DNA of 62,817 nt, counting the filler, from Octopus bimaculoides (taxonomy: Eukaryota): assembly GCF_001194135.2 (NCBI RefSeq). It is 6 parts of 6 records of this genome, joined end to end, with 100 filler letters (N's around TTAATTAATTAA, not from the genome) between each part and the next. Parts side by side here need not be neighbours in the genome. Positions count along the whole stretch, not along the records: positions 25,146 to 45,892 come from NC_069004.1; 5 more parts are not named here. One strand, given 5' to 3'. Positions 28,127 through 43,059 of this stretch are shown piece by piece (the first letter of the stretch is position 1; each line of letters opens with the position of its first letter). Position numbers and translations under genes: made by a program. The notes below the pieces were generated by a model. It was not told where the DNA came from. It searched no databases and saw nothing but the letters and a program-made list of their open reading frames with translations.

Positions 28127-29070
28127 GATGTGTTTCTTTCAGTTTCTGTCTGCCAAATCCGCTCACAATGTTTTGACCGGCCCGAGGCTATAAAAGGCAC
28201 TTGTTCAAGGCGTCATTCTGTGGGACTGAACCCGGAACAATGTAGTTGGGAAGCAAGCTTCTTACCACACACCCACGCCCGTACCCGTTTATTCGTATGT
28301 TTTACTTACCATCTCTACATAATGTTAGTTGAAGCCCTACATGCCCATATATTCTCTCCCACTTTAAAAATTTGCAGCGATTCACTTATCAGTTACGTAT
28401 TTTGATTGCCTTTGAGTGAAAATATATATCTATATATACATTCTTTTTGCATCTGATCTCCGTAATTCATACAATATAGGGTTATAGACTTCAAACAAAG
28501 ACCAAAACCCTACAGCACCACCAAAAGCAATATTATAGCAACAACATCAAATATAACAACAACAGTAATCTACTTCAGTCAGTATACACGTAACAATATT
28601 TCCAGATTTCCTCACAAAACCCGTTCCCTACCAACAGAAGTCATTTATAACTACATACACTAACAAATAGAAATGGTAATAAGAATTATGAAACTAGCAT
28701 AATGTTACAGTGAATCCACTGATTAAAGCGACGATTTGTGGTTTAAATATCGCTTTAGTTATATCTTTAGTGATATGAATTGTTCAATGTAATGCTATAT
28801 TTCCTTTCTAATGGACGTACGTATGAAGATATGATCCATGAAGTTTTACGGTTATGTTTCAACGACGCCATATTTAATAGTTTATTTGCTCTATAAATCT
28901 GATTGTGTTGGTAATGTGCAGTTGGTTGTGCCTCGACTTACTCGGTACATTGGTTCTGCGAATCACCGTACAAATCGAAATTGTGTAAATCGAGGAAGAC
29001 ACGTTTTTAATGTCGGTATGAACAAAACCTTGCTCGCACAAGCGCACATCCATTCATATATATATATAGA

Positions 29071-29142
<72 letters not shown>

Positions 29143-29526
29143 TGAGAGAGAGAATGCAATAAAGAATACATATGCAGGCGAAAGCGTGGCTGTGTGGTAA
29201 CAAAGCTTGTTTCCCAATCACATGGTTCCCGGTTCAGTCCCACTGCGTGGCGCCTTGGGCCGACGAAAGCCTTCTGAGTGGATTTGGTCTATAAATATTT
29301 GGTTTTATTTTCAGTTACAATACATTAATCTCATGGATTGATCTATACTTTTGAAGAGTGCAAATTTATTGTTCTTAGAAACAGAATGTTGTTGAAAGTA
29401 ACCTTGAATTTTCGACCAGCTAAGCCGTCGCCGGTCTATCGACGATGTCTCCGCTGGCCGAAACTTCGAAGTCACTAACAACATTCTTGTTTAAGAATTT
29501 GAGAATGTTGAATATATATGTATATA

Positions 29527-29583
<57 letters not shown>

Positions 29584-30322
29584 NNNNNNNNNNACAACAT
29601 TCTTGTTTAAGAATTTGAGAATGTTGAATATATATGTATATATATATATATGTATGCGTGTGTGTGTGTAGTAGAGTAAGAGATAGATAGATAGATAAAT
29701 GGATAGAGAGACAGACAGACGTACATATACATTTATCCTATGCAGACGATATCCAAATAATGCATTCATGAGATGGCGGGATCTCTATTCAATATGCCAT
29801 GAACACAGGTGCTAAGTAATAAAGTAACACACACACATAGAATATGCTGTCTAGATTGCGTCTATTAGTCTCACATTATAACTGACTTTTTGACGATCAA
29901 CTTAATAAATGACACCATTTTCTATATATAGACACCATGAGCTAGCAAAAACCATTGAATAAACACCTTGATAATACAAGTCGTATACGATGGAGTCAAA
30001 ACGTTATTGTGAATGTCAATACATCGTTAGCTCGGTGGTCTTTTTATTTTATTTTCTATATAACCACATACACTAACATTGCGTCTACATGAAATGTGTT
30101 TGCATTGTTAACGTGATTATCGATAGAGTTTTGTACGATTATTCTGTGGTATATAAATACAAAGTTGTCTCGTTCGTTTAATTGGTTGATTGAAAAATTG
30201 CTAAACACATGAAAGTAATAATCGTAATCTATGCCATTTCATTCCAATATTTATATGTGTGTGTCCATGTGTCTGCGTGTGCATGTGTGTGTGGTATTTG
30301 TGGATGAGCATATGCATACGTT

Positions 30323-30369
<47 letters not shown>

Positions 30370-30433
30370 NNNNNNNNNNNNNNNNNNNNNNNNNNNNNNN
30401 NNNNNNNNNNNNNNNNNNNNNNNNNNNNNNNNN

Positions 30434-30466
<33 letters not shown>

Positions 30467-30705
30467 AACATATATATATATATGCACATATATACATATG
30501 TATGCATACACACACACACATATGTATATATATTAAATTCAGGAATGAGTACGGTGAATTTGCCGTCTTTTAATATTGGTTGACAGGCACAAAGAAAAGT
30601 TATGTTTAGGTCGGTGGGGTGGTGGGTAAACTCTGTTCACCAATTTATTACATGAGAGAGAAACGACACCTATAGAATAACTATAACTATTGGTGCCGAG
30701 AACTA

Positions 30706-30750
<45 letters not shown>

Positions 30751-30899
30751 ATGAAAAATGTAGAATTGTTTTCAGTCAAAAATGATCAAAACTAGTGCCG
30801 CCTGATAAAACGGGGTAAAAAGTAGGTATGAAAGAGATACACGAAGCCAGGCAGAAGAAATGTAAATCGTAAAAAGAGAGTCCATCTGCCGTCTGCTGA

Positions 30900-31445
30900 A
30901 ACTACATAGAATCCATGGTTGTTCGAAATGACCACTGATATAATGAAAGGCTGTCCGTTTCCGGCGTTTGTATTACACGTGATACCGAAATTACGTACAA
31001 GCCCTCAAAAAGTTTTGACTATGTTGATATTTAAATATCTACTGCGTCTTCTCGCCAGGCGAGTGAAATCGCAGCTTTTCCAGCCTCTCGCTATAGTTTA
31101 TCAGCTTCACTTTTTTAAACGTTTTAGTGTAGTGATGTTGGACCGGTTCAAGTTTTGATGTTAATTTAGCGCTATTTGGTGACCACAGCTGAGATCAGTA
31201 ATCCAGAGCGCTGAGAACAAACGTCTTCCAGAGCGATAATACTTCTTGATCTCATCCAATTTTAGTGCCGATACTGCCAGCTGCCTGCATCTTGTTGCCA
31301 ACTTGCTAATGTGCATATAAAATGATGCATAATTACACATACAAATCCCTAATTCTCTCACTGTCTGTGATACTGGAATTTCAGTGCCTTCGGGTCCTGT
31401 ATATGCAGCCTGCGATGCTTTTATGAGCTGACCGCGCTGTGTTTG
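30900..31445 (-). mobile_element. CR1-type LINE remnant (RT C-terminal region)
   Basis: YTGPEGTEIP..VRELGICM..ASFYMHISKLATRCRQL, then WKTFVLSALDY*SQLWSP..LEPVQHHYTK..YSERLEKL; interrupted by stops and frameshifts. Confidence 0.8.
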
Positions 31446-31606
31446 CAAGCACATATATAAATATGTGTATGTGTATGTGTTTGTGTGTGTGTGTGTGGGG
31501 GGGGGGTTAAACTTTTATGTTTAGTTACAATAAAAATGATTTTACCATTAGTCTCATTCTTTTGCACAGATTCAAATTTATGATTCTTGAAGAAGTATAA
31601 GGCGGT

Positions 31607-31805
31607 GAGCTGGCAGAATCGTTAGCACGCCGCTTAGCGGTATTTCGACTGCAGCTACGTACTGAGTTCAAATTCCGCCGAGGTCGACTTTGCCTTTCAT
31701 CCTTTCGGAGTCGATAAATTAACTACCAATTTGCGTACTGGGGTCGATGTAATCGACTGTTCCCCTTCCCCCAGAATTTCAAGGCCTTCTACCATCAACA
31801 GAAAG
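31607..31805 (+). mobile_element. tRNA-derived SINE, family B
   Basis: ggcggtgagctggcagaatcgttagcac..gagttcaaattccgccgaggtcgactttgcctttcatcctttcgg-gtcgataaatt core. Other copies at ~14060-14225(-), 27030-27135(-), 33205-33312(-), 35937-36065(+), 37938-38030(+), 44635-44900(+). Confidence 0.8.
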
Positions 31806-32367
31806 GATTCTTAAAAAAAAAGTCTATAGTTTAGAGTGATTTCGAAATTTCGACCACCTAAACCTATGAAGTCACTGTCAACATCATAATTCATTANNNN
31901 NNNNNNNNNNNNNNNNNNNNNNNNNNNNNNNNNNNNNNNNNNNNNNNNNNNNNNNNNNNNNNNNNNNNNNNNNNNNNNNNNNNNNNNNNNNNNNNNNNNN
32001 NNNNNNNNNNNNNNNNNNNNNNNNNNNNNNNNNNNNNNNNNNNNNNNNNNNNNNNNNNNNNNNNNNNNNNNNNNNNNNNNNNNNNNNNNNNNNNNNNNNN
32101 NNNNNNNNNNNNNNNNNNNNNNNNNNNNNNNNNNNNNNNNNNNNNNNNNNNNNNNNNNNNNNNNNNNNNNNNNNNNNNNNNNNNNNNNNNNNNNNNNNNN
32201 NNNNNNNNNNNNNNNNNNNNNNNNNNNNNNNNNNNNNNNNNNNNNNNNNNNNNNNNNNNNNNNNNNNNNNNNNNNNNNNNNNNNNNNNNNNNNNNNNNNN
32301 NNNNNNNNNNNNNNNCATCATCATCATCAAAACAACAACAACAACAACAACAGTAATAATAATAATG

Positions 32368-32424
<57 letters not shown>

Positions 32425-34067
32425 GCAATGAAATTATAAGTAAATAGAAACGCTGTGTAGATATTTTGCTTGGTTATTTGTCCGACAGTTTGTGTATATT
32501 TTTTTTATTTTCCATTACTTCGTTTTGCTTTTCTCATTTTTGTGCAAATCTCTTGTGGCCTCCTGTATTTGAGGACTAAACATTGTTTTATTGTAAAAAA
32601 AAAAAATGTATATAGGATATGTATCATCGATAGAAATAATTGAATTGATTCTAGTCTAAGCAAACAATAATAAAATAAATGGAAGTAATAAAACAAAAAT
32701 CGTAACGAATAAATACAATAAAACTAATGAACTAACAGCAATGGGAAATGAATAAATGGGTGTATCAGAGCCACGCAAGAAATTTTTCGCATCACAAAAA
32801 CACTGTTGGAATATCAAGTGTCTGAAAGTTCTAATCAAGTTAGTGATTGCCGTGGTATCGAGGGAAACCTGCCTTGATGCTTACAGTGTCTGAATTTCTT
32901 CGAATTTCTTCGAATTTCTTCAAAATAAATCAGAAATGGAGGCGAAAATGTATCGGTCACTTGTGGACACATTCGCCGTTGCAGCGCATCGCTGCAGCCA
33001 TCCACCGTTTGTTGGTGTTTGCTCGGGTCATCCCGGGTAACCCCGTGAGTAAGGTTCCGCCTCAGTCCTCCACCACTATCAGATACTTGCTCGTACGCTG
33101 TGGCCAGGTGTTATGTGGCCGACCAATATGAGCCGTCTCCTCCCCCAACTGAATCCTCAGAGAAGAGAACAAGATACGCAGGACCCAACTCAGTAAGTCG
33201 AGCAACATAACAAAGTGGACCTCGGCAGAATTTGAACTCAGAATGTAGCGGCAGACGAAATCCTGCTAAGCACTTAGCCCGGCGTGCTAACGTTTCTGCC
33301 AGCTCGCCGCCTTCATATGGACATAATAGGTAAACCGCGTGAGCTGATGCGCTCAAACCATACAAGTAACAATATGCATCCAGTTTCTAAATATAGATGT
33401 TGGTTGGATAGAAAACCCGACCATTGGTAACATATAATTCTACAGAGCGTACTTTTCAGTAGAACATGCCAATTTTACAGACTACCAAAAGAGAACTATA
33501 TGTTATCAAGAGAGGGAATAATATTTATCCAAACAGACGAGGTGAATTAAAAGAAAAAAATAATTTCTAAACGACAAAAGGAAAGCATCGGAAATAAAGA
33601 GAACGTAACTAACTGGTAAACAACAGAAATAAAAATGTCAACACAGAAAATTATGGTTATAGAACCAACCAAAAATAAATAATAAGACTCGGTGAAATTA
33701 TATTTAATATTTCCAACACACACCGAAACAGAGTAGCTCAAATGAAAGTATGAATTGGTATATGAGGTAGACTTAAGTACAGAAAATTGTAAAGATGGAA
33801 ATTATGAATATAAGTATATTGTAAAGATGGAGATAGTTATATAATGAAAATCGAATGGACTTCCTGTAAAGCAATGAATGGAAGCTTCATTGATAGAGCT
33901 TAAGGATGGAATAAAGAGCAGCGTTGGTCATCGTAGAAGAACATCGATATTACCAGGCTACACAAAATACCATAGACAACAGCAGCCTGGGAAGTTTCAA
34001 AGGAATGTGGGCATTCTTTCAGATCAACTCATAGAGAAATATCAAAACATAAGTCAATAACTTTGAA

Positions 34068-34115
<48 letters not shown>

Positions 34116-34551
34116 AGAAAGGCAATGAATAAAAAGAGAGAGAAAAGATATCTGAATCCGCGAAAGAAATCAATAAAGAAAACGTCAAGAACGAAAAACA
34201 GAATTACTATGGATATCGTATTTAACAACAAAAGATGTACCCGGAATGAAATAGCGTTTGAAACAAGAGATACACACTAAATCGCAAAGAATCAGGGAGA
34301 TGAAAGACGACGGCGGTTCTTTGAAGAAGACAAACAGCTCGAATTCAAACTTAAAACGATTTTATCGAAAACCAGGTAAAAAGGAAAAAGAAAAAAAAAG
34401 AACAAAAAACAACACTGTAGCAGAAACACTGACAGCATCACCAAGACCAGCATTAACGGAAATTTTGGGACGCGATATACACATGTATGTATATATATAT
34501 ACACATATATATCTAAACATGTATATATATATACATATATATCTATACATG

Positions 34552-34583
<32 letters not shown>

Positions 34584-34687
34584 CATATATACACGTATAT
34601 ATACATATATATATACATATATATACATGTATATATATATGCATATATATAGATGTACATATACATATATACATATATATACATGTA

Positions 34688-34739
<52 letters not shown>

Positions 34740-36225
34740 NNNNNNNNNNNNNNNNNNNNNNNNNNNNNNNNNNNNNNNNNNNNNNNNNNNNNNNNNNNNN
34801 NNNNNNNNNNNNNNNNNNNNNNNNNNNNNNNNNNNNNNNNNNNNNNNNNNNNNNNNNNNNNNNNNNNNNNNNNNNNNNNNNNNNNNNNNNNNNNNNNNNN
34901 NNNNNNNNNNNNNNNNNNNNNNNNNNNNNNNNNNNNNNNNNNNNNNNNNNNNNNNNNNNNNNNNNNNNNNNNNNNNNNNNNNNNNNNNNNNNNNNNNNNN
35001 NNNNNNNNNNNNNNNNNNNNNNNNNNNNNNNNNNNNNNNNNNNNNNNNNNNNNNNNNNNNNNNNNNNNNNNNNNNNNNNNNNNNNNNNNNNNNNNNNNNN
35101 NNNNNNNNNNNNNNNNNNNNNNNNNNNNNNNNNNNNNNNNNNNNNNNNNNNNNNNNNNNNNNNNNNNNNNNNNNNNNNNNNNNNNNNNNNNNNNGGATAG
35201 GCGGTAACAACACAAGTGCACTTTCTGAAAACCGCGTAAGACTATTTCAAGACAAGATGTAGATTGGAAGAAAACACTGGAAGGCACCAGGAAATTATAT
35301 ATAATCTTCAAATATTTTCTTAGAATATTTAATAATCGTATAGAAACTACTACCAACAACATGGAATCACGCATTGAAGAAGCCGCCAGAAATAACATTT
35401 TACTGGGCAATCGAGAAGATAAACCACATCTGAAATCCTGTAACTTGAGAAACAACCGCTATTAAAATATACAGGCACTTAATCTGCCTGTTTACAGCGT
35501 ACAGAAACATAATCACAATAATTTCTCAGAGAATATAGAAATACGTGAAAAAGAAACTCCTTTCCGGAAGTCTACAATGGGTGCTGTTTATGATGATAAT
35601 GTTGTAGCAATAGCTGATCACTAAAGTGACATTCGGAACGGTGGAATGCACAGAAGTGGTTTCAATATTACATTGGCTGGATTACAGATTTTTGGCACTG
35701 CATTCTCCGAATATTATCCACGATTTCAAAAGCGCCCAATGGGTATACGCGCTAAACGTGCGAATATATCGCAAGCAATTCTTTATGGTAACTGTCTGTC
35801 AGTACTGACAAGGTATCTTAACCTTCGAATATGGCCCTGTTTATCCGCAAATGATATATCATGATTCACATGTGAAAAAAATCCATTGTCTTGTCCTGGA
35901 AAGGTTTTTATTTATGCAATTATTTATTCAATACAAGGCGGCGAGCTGGCAGAAACGTTAGCACACCGTGCGAAATTCGTTGCGGTATTTCGTCTGTCTC
36001 TACGTTCTGAGTTCAAATTACGCTGAGGTCGCCTTTTCCTTTTATCCTTTCCGGGTCGATTAAACTCAATGGGTTATTAAATATTGACAGTACTTCCTCA
36101 ACGTCAGCACGGTATCTTCTTTTTTTATGAAAGCAACAGCAACTGTTCATATGGCAATGTTTCATTTCACCAAACCACCAAGTTAATGTAACATCATTAT
36201 ATTTTTTCGCACTAATATCTTTGTA

Positions 36226-36261
<36 letters not shown>

Positions 36262-36371
36262 ATTCAAGTTACACTGCAACACCTAGCACCGTCTCGTAGC
36301 ACACGAGTGTGCCACCGCATACCGGTTGTGAAACACTAATACGGATCCCGTTGCGAAACACACGCATACAT

Positions 36372-36454
<83 letters not shown>

Positions 36455-37179
36455 AGTGTGTTTCTGTCTGCGTTTGCTACCCCGTCGCTGTTTGATGACC
36501 GGTTTTTGTTTTGTTTTCATAACTGTAATTGAAGCGGTCCCGCAACGGCGAGCGATAGAGTAAGTACAATACCCTCCCCCAAAAGCACCATAAATACAGG
36601 CTCCGATTTTGTCGACTAAAAGCACTTCAGACCAGTGCCCCAGCACGGCCGCATTTTAATTACTGAATGAGATAACACGTAAAAGATGGAAAGCAATCGG
36701 AGATATGAGAATTCGGCACAAAACAGACTTACGAAGAGTCAATACATCGAATTAATGAGTTTATGAACTAGATAGATAAGAACAACACTCACAAATGAAA
36801 TAAATGTTGTAGAAAGAAGATACACATTAGATTAATCGTAAATACAGAGCTAAAAGCAAATAAATATAGTTATTGTCATTTATAATCAAGTTGTTCTCGT
36901 GGTAAGATATAGTTTTCGTACTTTCTATAGAAAGCTAAATGAATTAGAAAGGCTAGACGAGGAAAAAGCAATAGAGAAAATAATTGAATGACGAAGCGTT
37001 GCGTCGTCAGACACAAGAAAATAGCAGCTGGTGGACTGCACCACACTTTCAGTAAACATTTCAACCAGCGTGCTAACGATTCGGCCAGCTCACCGGCTTC
37101 TCGGATGCATTGAATATGCCTCGTATATAAGTTGGAAAATAGGAAAATTATTTTTGCCACGAATGCAGAAAATTATCAT

Positions 37180-37550
37180 GATATATTCAGTCTGCAAATA
37201 ATAAAATTGAAACTAATACAAGTAGCTGCGAATCAAACATTGGTTTTCCGTCTTGAGAAAGAATGAACGAACTTTGAAGAGGCTGACGTAACAGATATTT
37301 GTGAGAAGAATAAAGAAATAATAGATATGATTTTAATGAACGAAAGTAGCAAAATAAAACAATTCTAAGAATGGAGCTAAGCATGGCACTGCAATAATGC
37401 ATTTTAAAATATGCTGCAAGGAATAGTTGCAATATATGCGACATATGACCAATACTTGAGAAAGATTTGAACAATGTACAAGTGGTTAAGCTAAAAGTAC
37501 TCAGCATTGGCTGAGAAGCGCAAATCTCAAAGACGAAGCTGGGAAAAAAA
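37180..37550 (+). mobile_element. Possible second fragment of the same R4/Dong-like LINE
   Basis: STQHWLRSANLKDEAG resembles the recalled (K-SQQ)WLRSSGLKAETEG motif; otherwise unreadable. Confidence 0.35.
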
Positions 37551-37657
37551 AGAATTGTTTTTGTCTTAAATTTGTTAATCGAAAGATAAAACAATTTTCT
37601 TTAGCTTGTTGGACAGGATCAAAGACGTTCTAAAAGAAACAACAAATGGTGATGTTC

Positions 37658-37694
<37 letters not shown>

Positions 37695-37837
37695 CAAGGA
37701 GGAGGAGGAGAAGGAGGGGGAGGGACCGAAAGAGAAGGAGGAGTGGGGAGGATTACGAAAATGATAATAATGACGAAGGGTTGATTATCGTTATAACATA
37801 AATGATAGTAGTAGTAGTAGTATTAATGGTAGTTGTC

Positions 37838-37931
<94 letters not shown>

Positions 37932-38029
37932 TAGGGAAGGGTGGTGAGCTGGCAGAGTCGTTAGAGCGCCTGTCGAAATGCTTAGCGGTATTTCGTCTGC
38001 CGTTACGTTCTGAGTTCAAATTCCACCGA

Positions 38030-38217
38030 GCGGGTGTTACGCTCCAAAAGCTCTCGCGATAGGTGAAAATCGGCGAAGTAGAAAGAGTACTGTATATTTT
38101 TATAATTTGTATATATTTATGTTTTTTTATAAATGCAAAACAACACCACGGAGGAATCAACGTAAGGTCAAATTATAAACCGCGATAGGTGAACCGCGAT
38201 ATGGCGAGAGATTGCTG
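38030..38217. mobile_element. Tigger/pogo-like MITE, second copy, left end degraded
   Basis: Shares cgcgataggtgaaaat..gaagtagaaa..aaatgcaaaacaacacca..gaaccgcgatatggc with 47563-47785; ends GAGAGATTGCTG-TA. Confidence 0.65.
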
Positions 38218-38629
38218 TATATGTGACGTGCTTTTTTCAGTTTCCGTCAACTAAATGCTCTGAGAAGGTTTTGATCGGTCCGAGGTTACAGTAGAAGACA
38301 TTTGCTCCAGGTGCCGCGCTGTTGGTCTAAACACCAAACCGCACCCGGGGCTAAGGTTTTTGTTTTTGTATTGGTTTTAATATTTTGTACAATTTTTGTG
38401 TTTTAGCACCGATTTAGTGTTTCAGGATTTTCGGTCCAACACAAAACAAACTGTGGTCGTTTTAATTGAAGGAAGGTAGGATTATCATAGCTGTTAGGTT
38501 CTTTTATCAGAGCGCTGTCGATGCATGGTTGGGGCCACGCTGGAACGTAAAGACATGATTAACAATAACATCTTGAGTCAGATGCAAGAATGACATTTAA
38601 TGTCTTTTATCTCTTATGTTATAAAAAAG

Positions 38630-39085
38630 TATCTGCACATACAACTGTGTGGTATTTTATGCAAAGCTAAAACAAGATCATAGCGTGGAGTGTTTTCTCC
38701 CCGCCGAAGCAGAAACAGCTGTACATTGAAACCAGAAGCAGTGGTACCTCCATGTTGAAATATACTATAAAACCTGCTGATAACTTGGCATGTTTCCTCC
38801 CTTATGGATGTGTAAATGAAACAGATTGCACATTGAAACCGGAAGCAGTTGTATCTCCATTATCAAATATTCTATATACCTGCTCATAGCTTGGCATGTT
38901 TTCTCTCAGCCATTACTATGTGAAACTAAAGCAATGACATATTGAAACCGGAAGCAATTTTTACCTCTATAAATATCCTCTGAAATCCTCTCATAGCGCG
39001 ATATAATTTTGCTCAGCTTATGCAACGAGAAACATTTTGGAGCCGGAAGCTCTTGGACCTCCATCATTAAATATCCTCCGCAATA
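38630..39085. repeat. Degenerate ~107-bp tandem repeat, about 4 copies
   Basis: Anchor CC(G/A)GAAGC at 38732, 38839, 38948, 39043 with shared downstream cctcca..aaata and ttggcatgtt segments. Confidence 0.7.
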
Positions 39086-39821
39086 TATTCATATGTTAAA
39101 ACAGTGAAACAAATTCGGTTTTTTTTTTGCAGACAATGAAAAAAAAAAGCATTTAGAAATAGTAGGATTTTTGCCCAATAATTAAATGTACTGTGCAAGC
39201 AGATACCAAATCGACTTAGAGTTCAGAGGATTTGATCATTCATGCCTCAAACATTATCGATTCTATCACCCACTCAAATCCGGTACAGGAAAATGCCGGA
39301 TATGGCAATCTCTAATGGTATTTCCTGGTCTGATTCTTGTATAAACTAAATTACATCTGAAACAACTCCAGTTATAAACACTTACTAAACAAGCATTAGG
39401 CTTTTTTTCACTGTCTTGCTTCTTCCGCACTGCTTCTACTCCCCCTCTGTCTCTCTCTGTCTCTCTCTTTATACTTATGTAAGTGTATGTGCATGTATGT
39501 GTGTATGCGCATATATGTATGTGCGAAAATTTCTATGTCTGTATAAGTTTATATATGTTTGCATGTATGTAAAACGGAAAGAAATATACGAAAGAAAAAA
39601 GCAGTTGAATTTACTCATTTAAAGCTGAATTTTCACTTAAGAGAACTAGAGCCATGGTCTGCCTCTATCTCTCCCGCTTTTGTCTCTCTTTCTCTCCCGC
39701 TTTTGTCTCTCTTTCTCTCCTTCCCGCAATCTCTTTCTCTCTCACGCACACATAGACACACATGCATGTTAATAAAAAGCATAAATAGTATTATTTTTGT
39801 TAATATATATATATGAGTGTG

Positions 39822-39857
<36 letters not shown>

Positions 39858-41188
39858 GGTAAGTAGGTAGGTAAGTAAGTATGTGTGTGTGTGTGTATGC
39901 TCGTATGTAAGTATGTTAGTATACATCGCACAAATATTGTTTATGAGGCATGCCATGGATTGCAGGATTAAACAAATTCGATACATTTTTATTTATTAAT
40001 CTATTTCCAGTTTTGATCTACAACATTTCCAACAACAAAAAACTAAATAAATGCTACACAACCTACGAATCGTCATGAAATTCTTATATTGCTCTTTTAC
40101 TTGCCGCCATATTAATTACTTCATACTTACATATTACTGTTTAGAAAAATTAGGCGAGGTTTAGACGATATAGTCTTGCAATGTCTGAAGAAAAAAAAAA
40201 CACGCTTTAAGCAATATATAAATTCGTCTCAAATACACATTAATCACGCAGTAAATGAACAACAGGCTAGGTACTGTAGGTCTGTAGTTTCTTAAAAAAA
40301 AGAATTTGACTTGTTCATGGCTAGAACATGTTGCATAGTTCTGCCTGAGAAAAAAAGACACTTATTTTTGTTTTGTTAAATTACACAGTGTAACAAAATT
40401 TATTTTATTTTATGTATTTGTTTAAACTTTTTTGTCTTTGGTCAGTATGTGTTATTTCATATCTACTTCTATCTAGAGATAAAAGCAAATGACTACTATA
40501 CTCTTCAAATTTGGTATTTTTGACCTGGACATCAATGTTTTCAAACTGACCAATTTTGCATTACATTTCAGACAGATTCAAAGCAGAGTCGCTGAAGCAG
40601 GAATATCGTTATAACAAATATTCTGCCCAATACCACTAATTTGCTTATAAGTTGCTTGACCTTAACCACTTGAGCATGTCCCTGGGTAACTGACAATAAG
40701 TGCGTCTCTGATCATGAGCAAAAATGCGTTTGTGTATGTGCGTGCTTGTGTGTATACGAACAGTGAGAAAAACTGTAGTCCATTTCAAGTTTCTTAAGGC
40801 ATTTCTATTGAAATAGTCTCGTGATGTGACTCGTGTAATCATATTCTGCGAGTGTTAACTATATTAGTTTGAGTGCCTTAAATCCACATAATTAGAGGAA
40901 TTGTTCCAGTTTCCTGATGCGATTTCAAAGTAGATGTGTGTGACGCTTATGTCTATCATTAGTTTATACTCTGTACATTTGTACAGGAAACGCGTATTTA
41001 CATTCTGCAACGTTTGTAGTCATTACGAACTAATATCATAAAGATGCAGCTAAACCGAAATCGCGAATCATACTTTTGCATGGTTTGCATCTATTTTCTA
41101 GGTACTATAATCATAAAATTGCTTTACTGCAAACCTAGAAACGCTTTCTTAAACAGTATCACTATATGTGTATGATTATATACAAAGA

Positions 41189-41229
<41 letters not shown>

Positions 41230-41482
41230 ATACATATTGATATACGTATGACGATTATATCTAATAAATATAAAGGGTATAATTTACTAGATATATCTCT
41301 GTGGGTGATAAAAATGTTGTGATGAGAGGAAATAATTTTTTTCTCCCATCATTCTATTAATATTACAACTGTTTTCGCTCCACTCATCGAAATGTCAAAT
41401 TCCTTCATCATACACACGTATATATACATATATATATATGTATATATACATATATAGATACATATATGTATGTATGTATATA

Positions 41483-41528
<46 letters not shown>

Positions 41529-42713
41529 NNNNNNNNNNNNNNNNNNNNNNNNNNNNNNNNNNNNNNNNNNNNNNNNNNNNNNNNNNNNNNNNNNNNNNNN
41601 NNNNNNNNNNNNNNNNNNNNNNNNNNNNNNNNNNNNNNNNNNNNNNNNNNNNNNNNNNNNNNNNNNNNNNNNNNNNNNNNNNNNNNNNNNNNNNNNNNNN
41701 NNNNNNNNNNNNNNNNNNNNNNNNNNNNNNNNNNNNNNNNNNNNNNNNNNNNNNNNNNNNNNNNNNNNNNNNNNNNNNNNNNNNNNNNNNNNNNNNNNNN
41801 NNNNNNNNNNNNNNNNNNNNNNNNNNNNNNNNNNNNNNNNNNNNNNNNNNNNNNNNNNNNNNNNNNNNNNNNNNNNNNNNNNNNNNNNNNNNNNNNNNNN
41901 NNNNNNNNNNNNNNNNNNNNNNNNNNNNNNNNNNNNNNNNNNNNNNNNNNNNNNNNNNNNNNNNNNNNNNNNNNNNNNNNNNNNNNNNNNNNNNNNNNNN
42001 NNNNNNNNNNNNNNNNNNNNNNNNNNNNNNNNNNNNNNNNNNNNNNNNNNNNNNNNNNNNNNNNNNNNNNNNNNNNNNNNNNNNNNNNNNNNNNNNNNNN
42101 NNNNNNNNNNNNNNNNNNNNNNNNNNNNNNNNNNNNNNNNNNNNNNNNNNNNNNNNNNNNNNNNNNNNNNNNNNNNNNNNNNNNNNNNNNNNNNNNNNNN
42201 NNNNNNNNNNNNNNNNNNNNNNNNNNNNNNNNNNNNNNNNNNNNNNNNNNNNNNNNNNNNNNNNNNNNNNNNNNNNNNNNNNNNNNNNNNNNNNNNNNNN
42301 NNNNNNNNNNNNNNNNNNNNNNNNNNNNNNNNNNNNNNNNNNNNNNNNNNNNNNNNNNNNNNNNNNNNNNNNNNNNNNNNNNNNNNNNNNNNNNNNNNNN
42401 NNNNNNNNNNNNNNNNNNNNNNNNNNAATAATAATAATAATAATATTAATAATAATAATACCAACAACAATACAAATAATAGTAATAACAGTAATGGAAA
42501 TATTACTACTACTCTTTCTGCTGCTGCTGCTGCTCCTCCTCATACTACTACTACTACTTACAATAATAACAGCAACAACAACAACAACAACAACAACAAT
42601 AATAATAAAAATAACAGCAACAACATTAATGATAGTAATAATAATGGAAATACAACTACTACCACTACTCCTCTTCATTCTCCTCCTCTTACTACTATTA
42701 CTACTAATACTGC

Positions 42714-42752
<39 letters not shown>

Positions 42753-42885
42753 TTAATAATAATCCATTATTTACTGGCCACGAGGGCCCATAAATAGAAG
42801 TGGGTTAAAAATGATTTCTGGTTGAGAATGTATACGTATGTGTGCATATCTATCGTGCCTGTATGTGTATATACACGCACACACA

Positions 42886-42989
<104 letters not shown>

Positions 42990-43059
42990 CACTCGTACAC
43001 AAAACCACACATATGTATATATATTTTTACAAAATTTGTAAGTACAAAGCCAAAATAAA

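Noticed and set aside
29483-29650. Direct duplication across a 10-N gap (similarly ~560-590 and 6281-6570)
   Set aside because: Near-identical overlap on both sides of a small gap indicates unmerged contig ends
33126-33195. MSRLL.. as the RBM19 start (MSRLIVKNLP)
   Set aside because: Similarity is limited to four residues and no RRM1 follows
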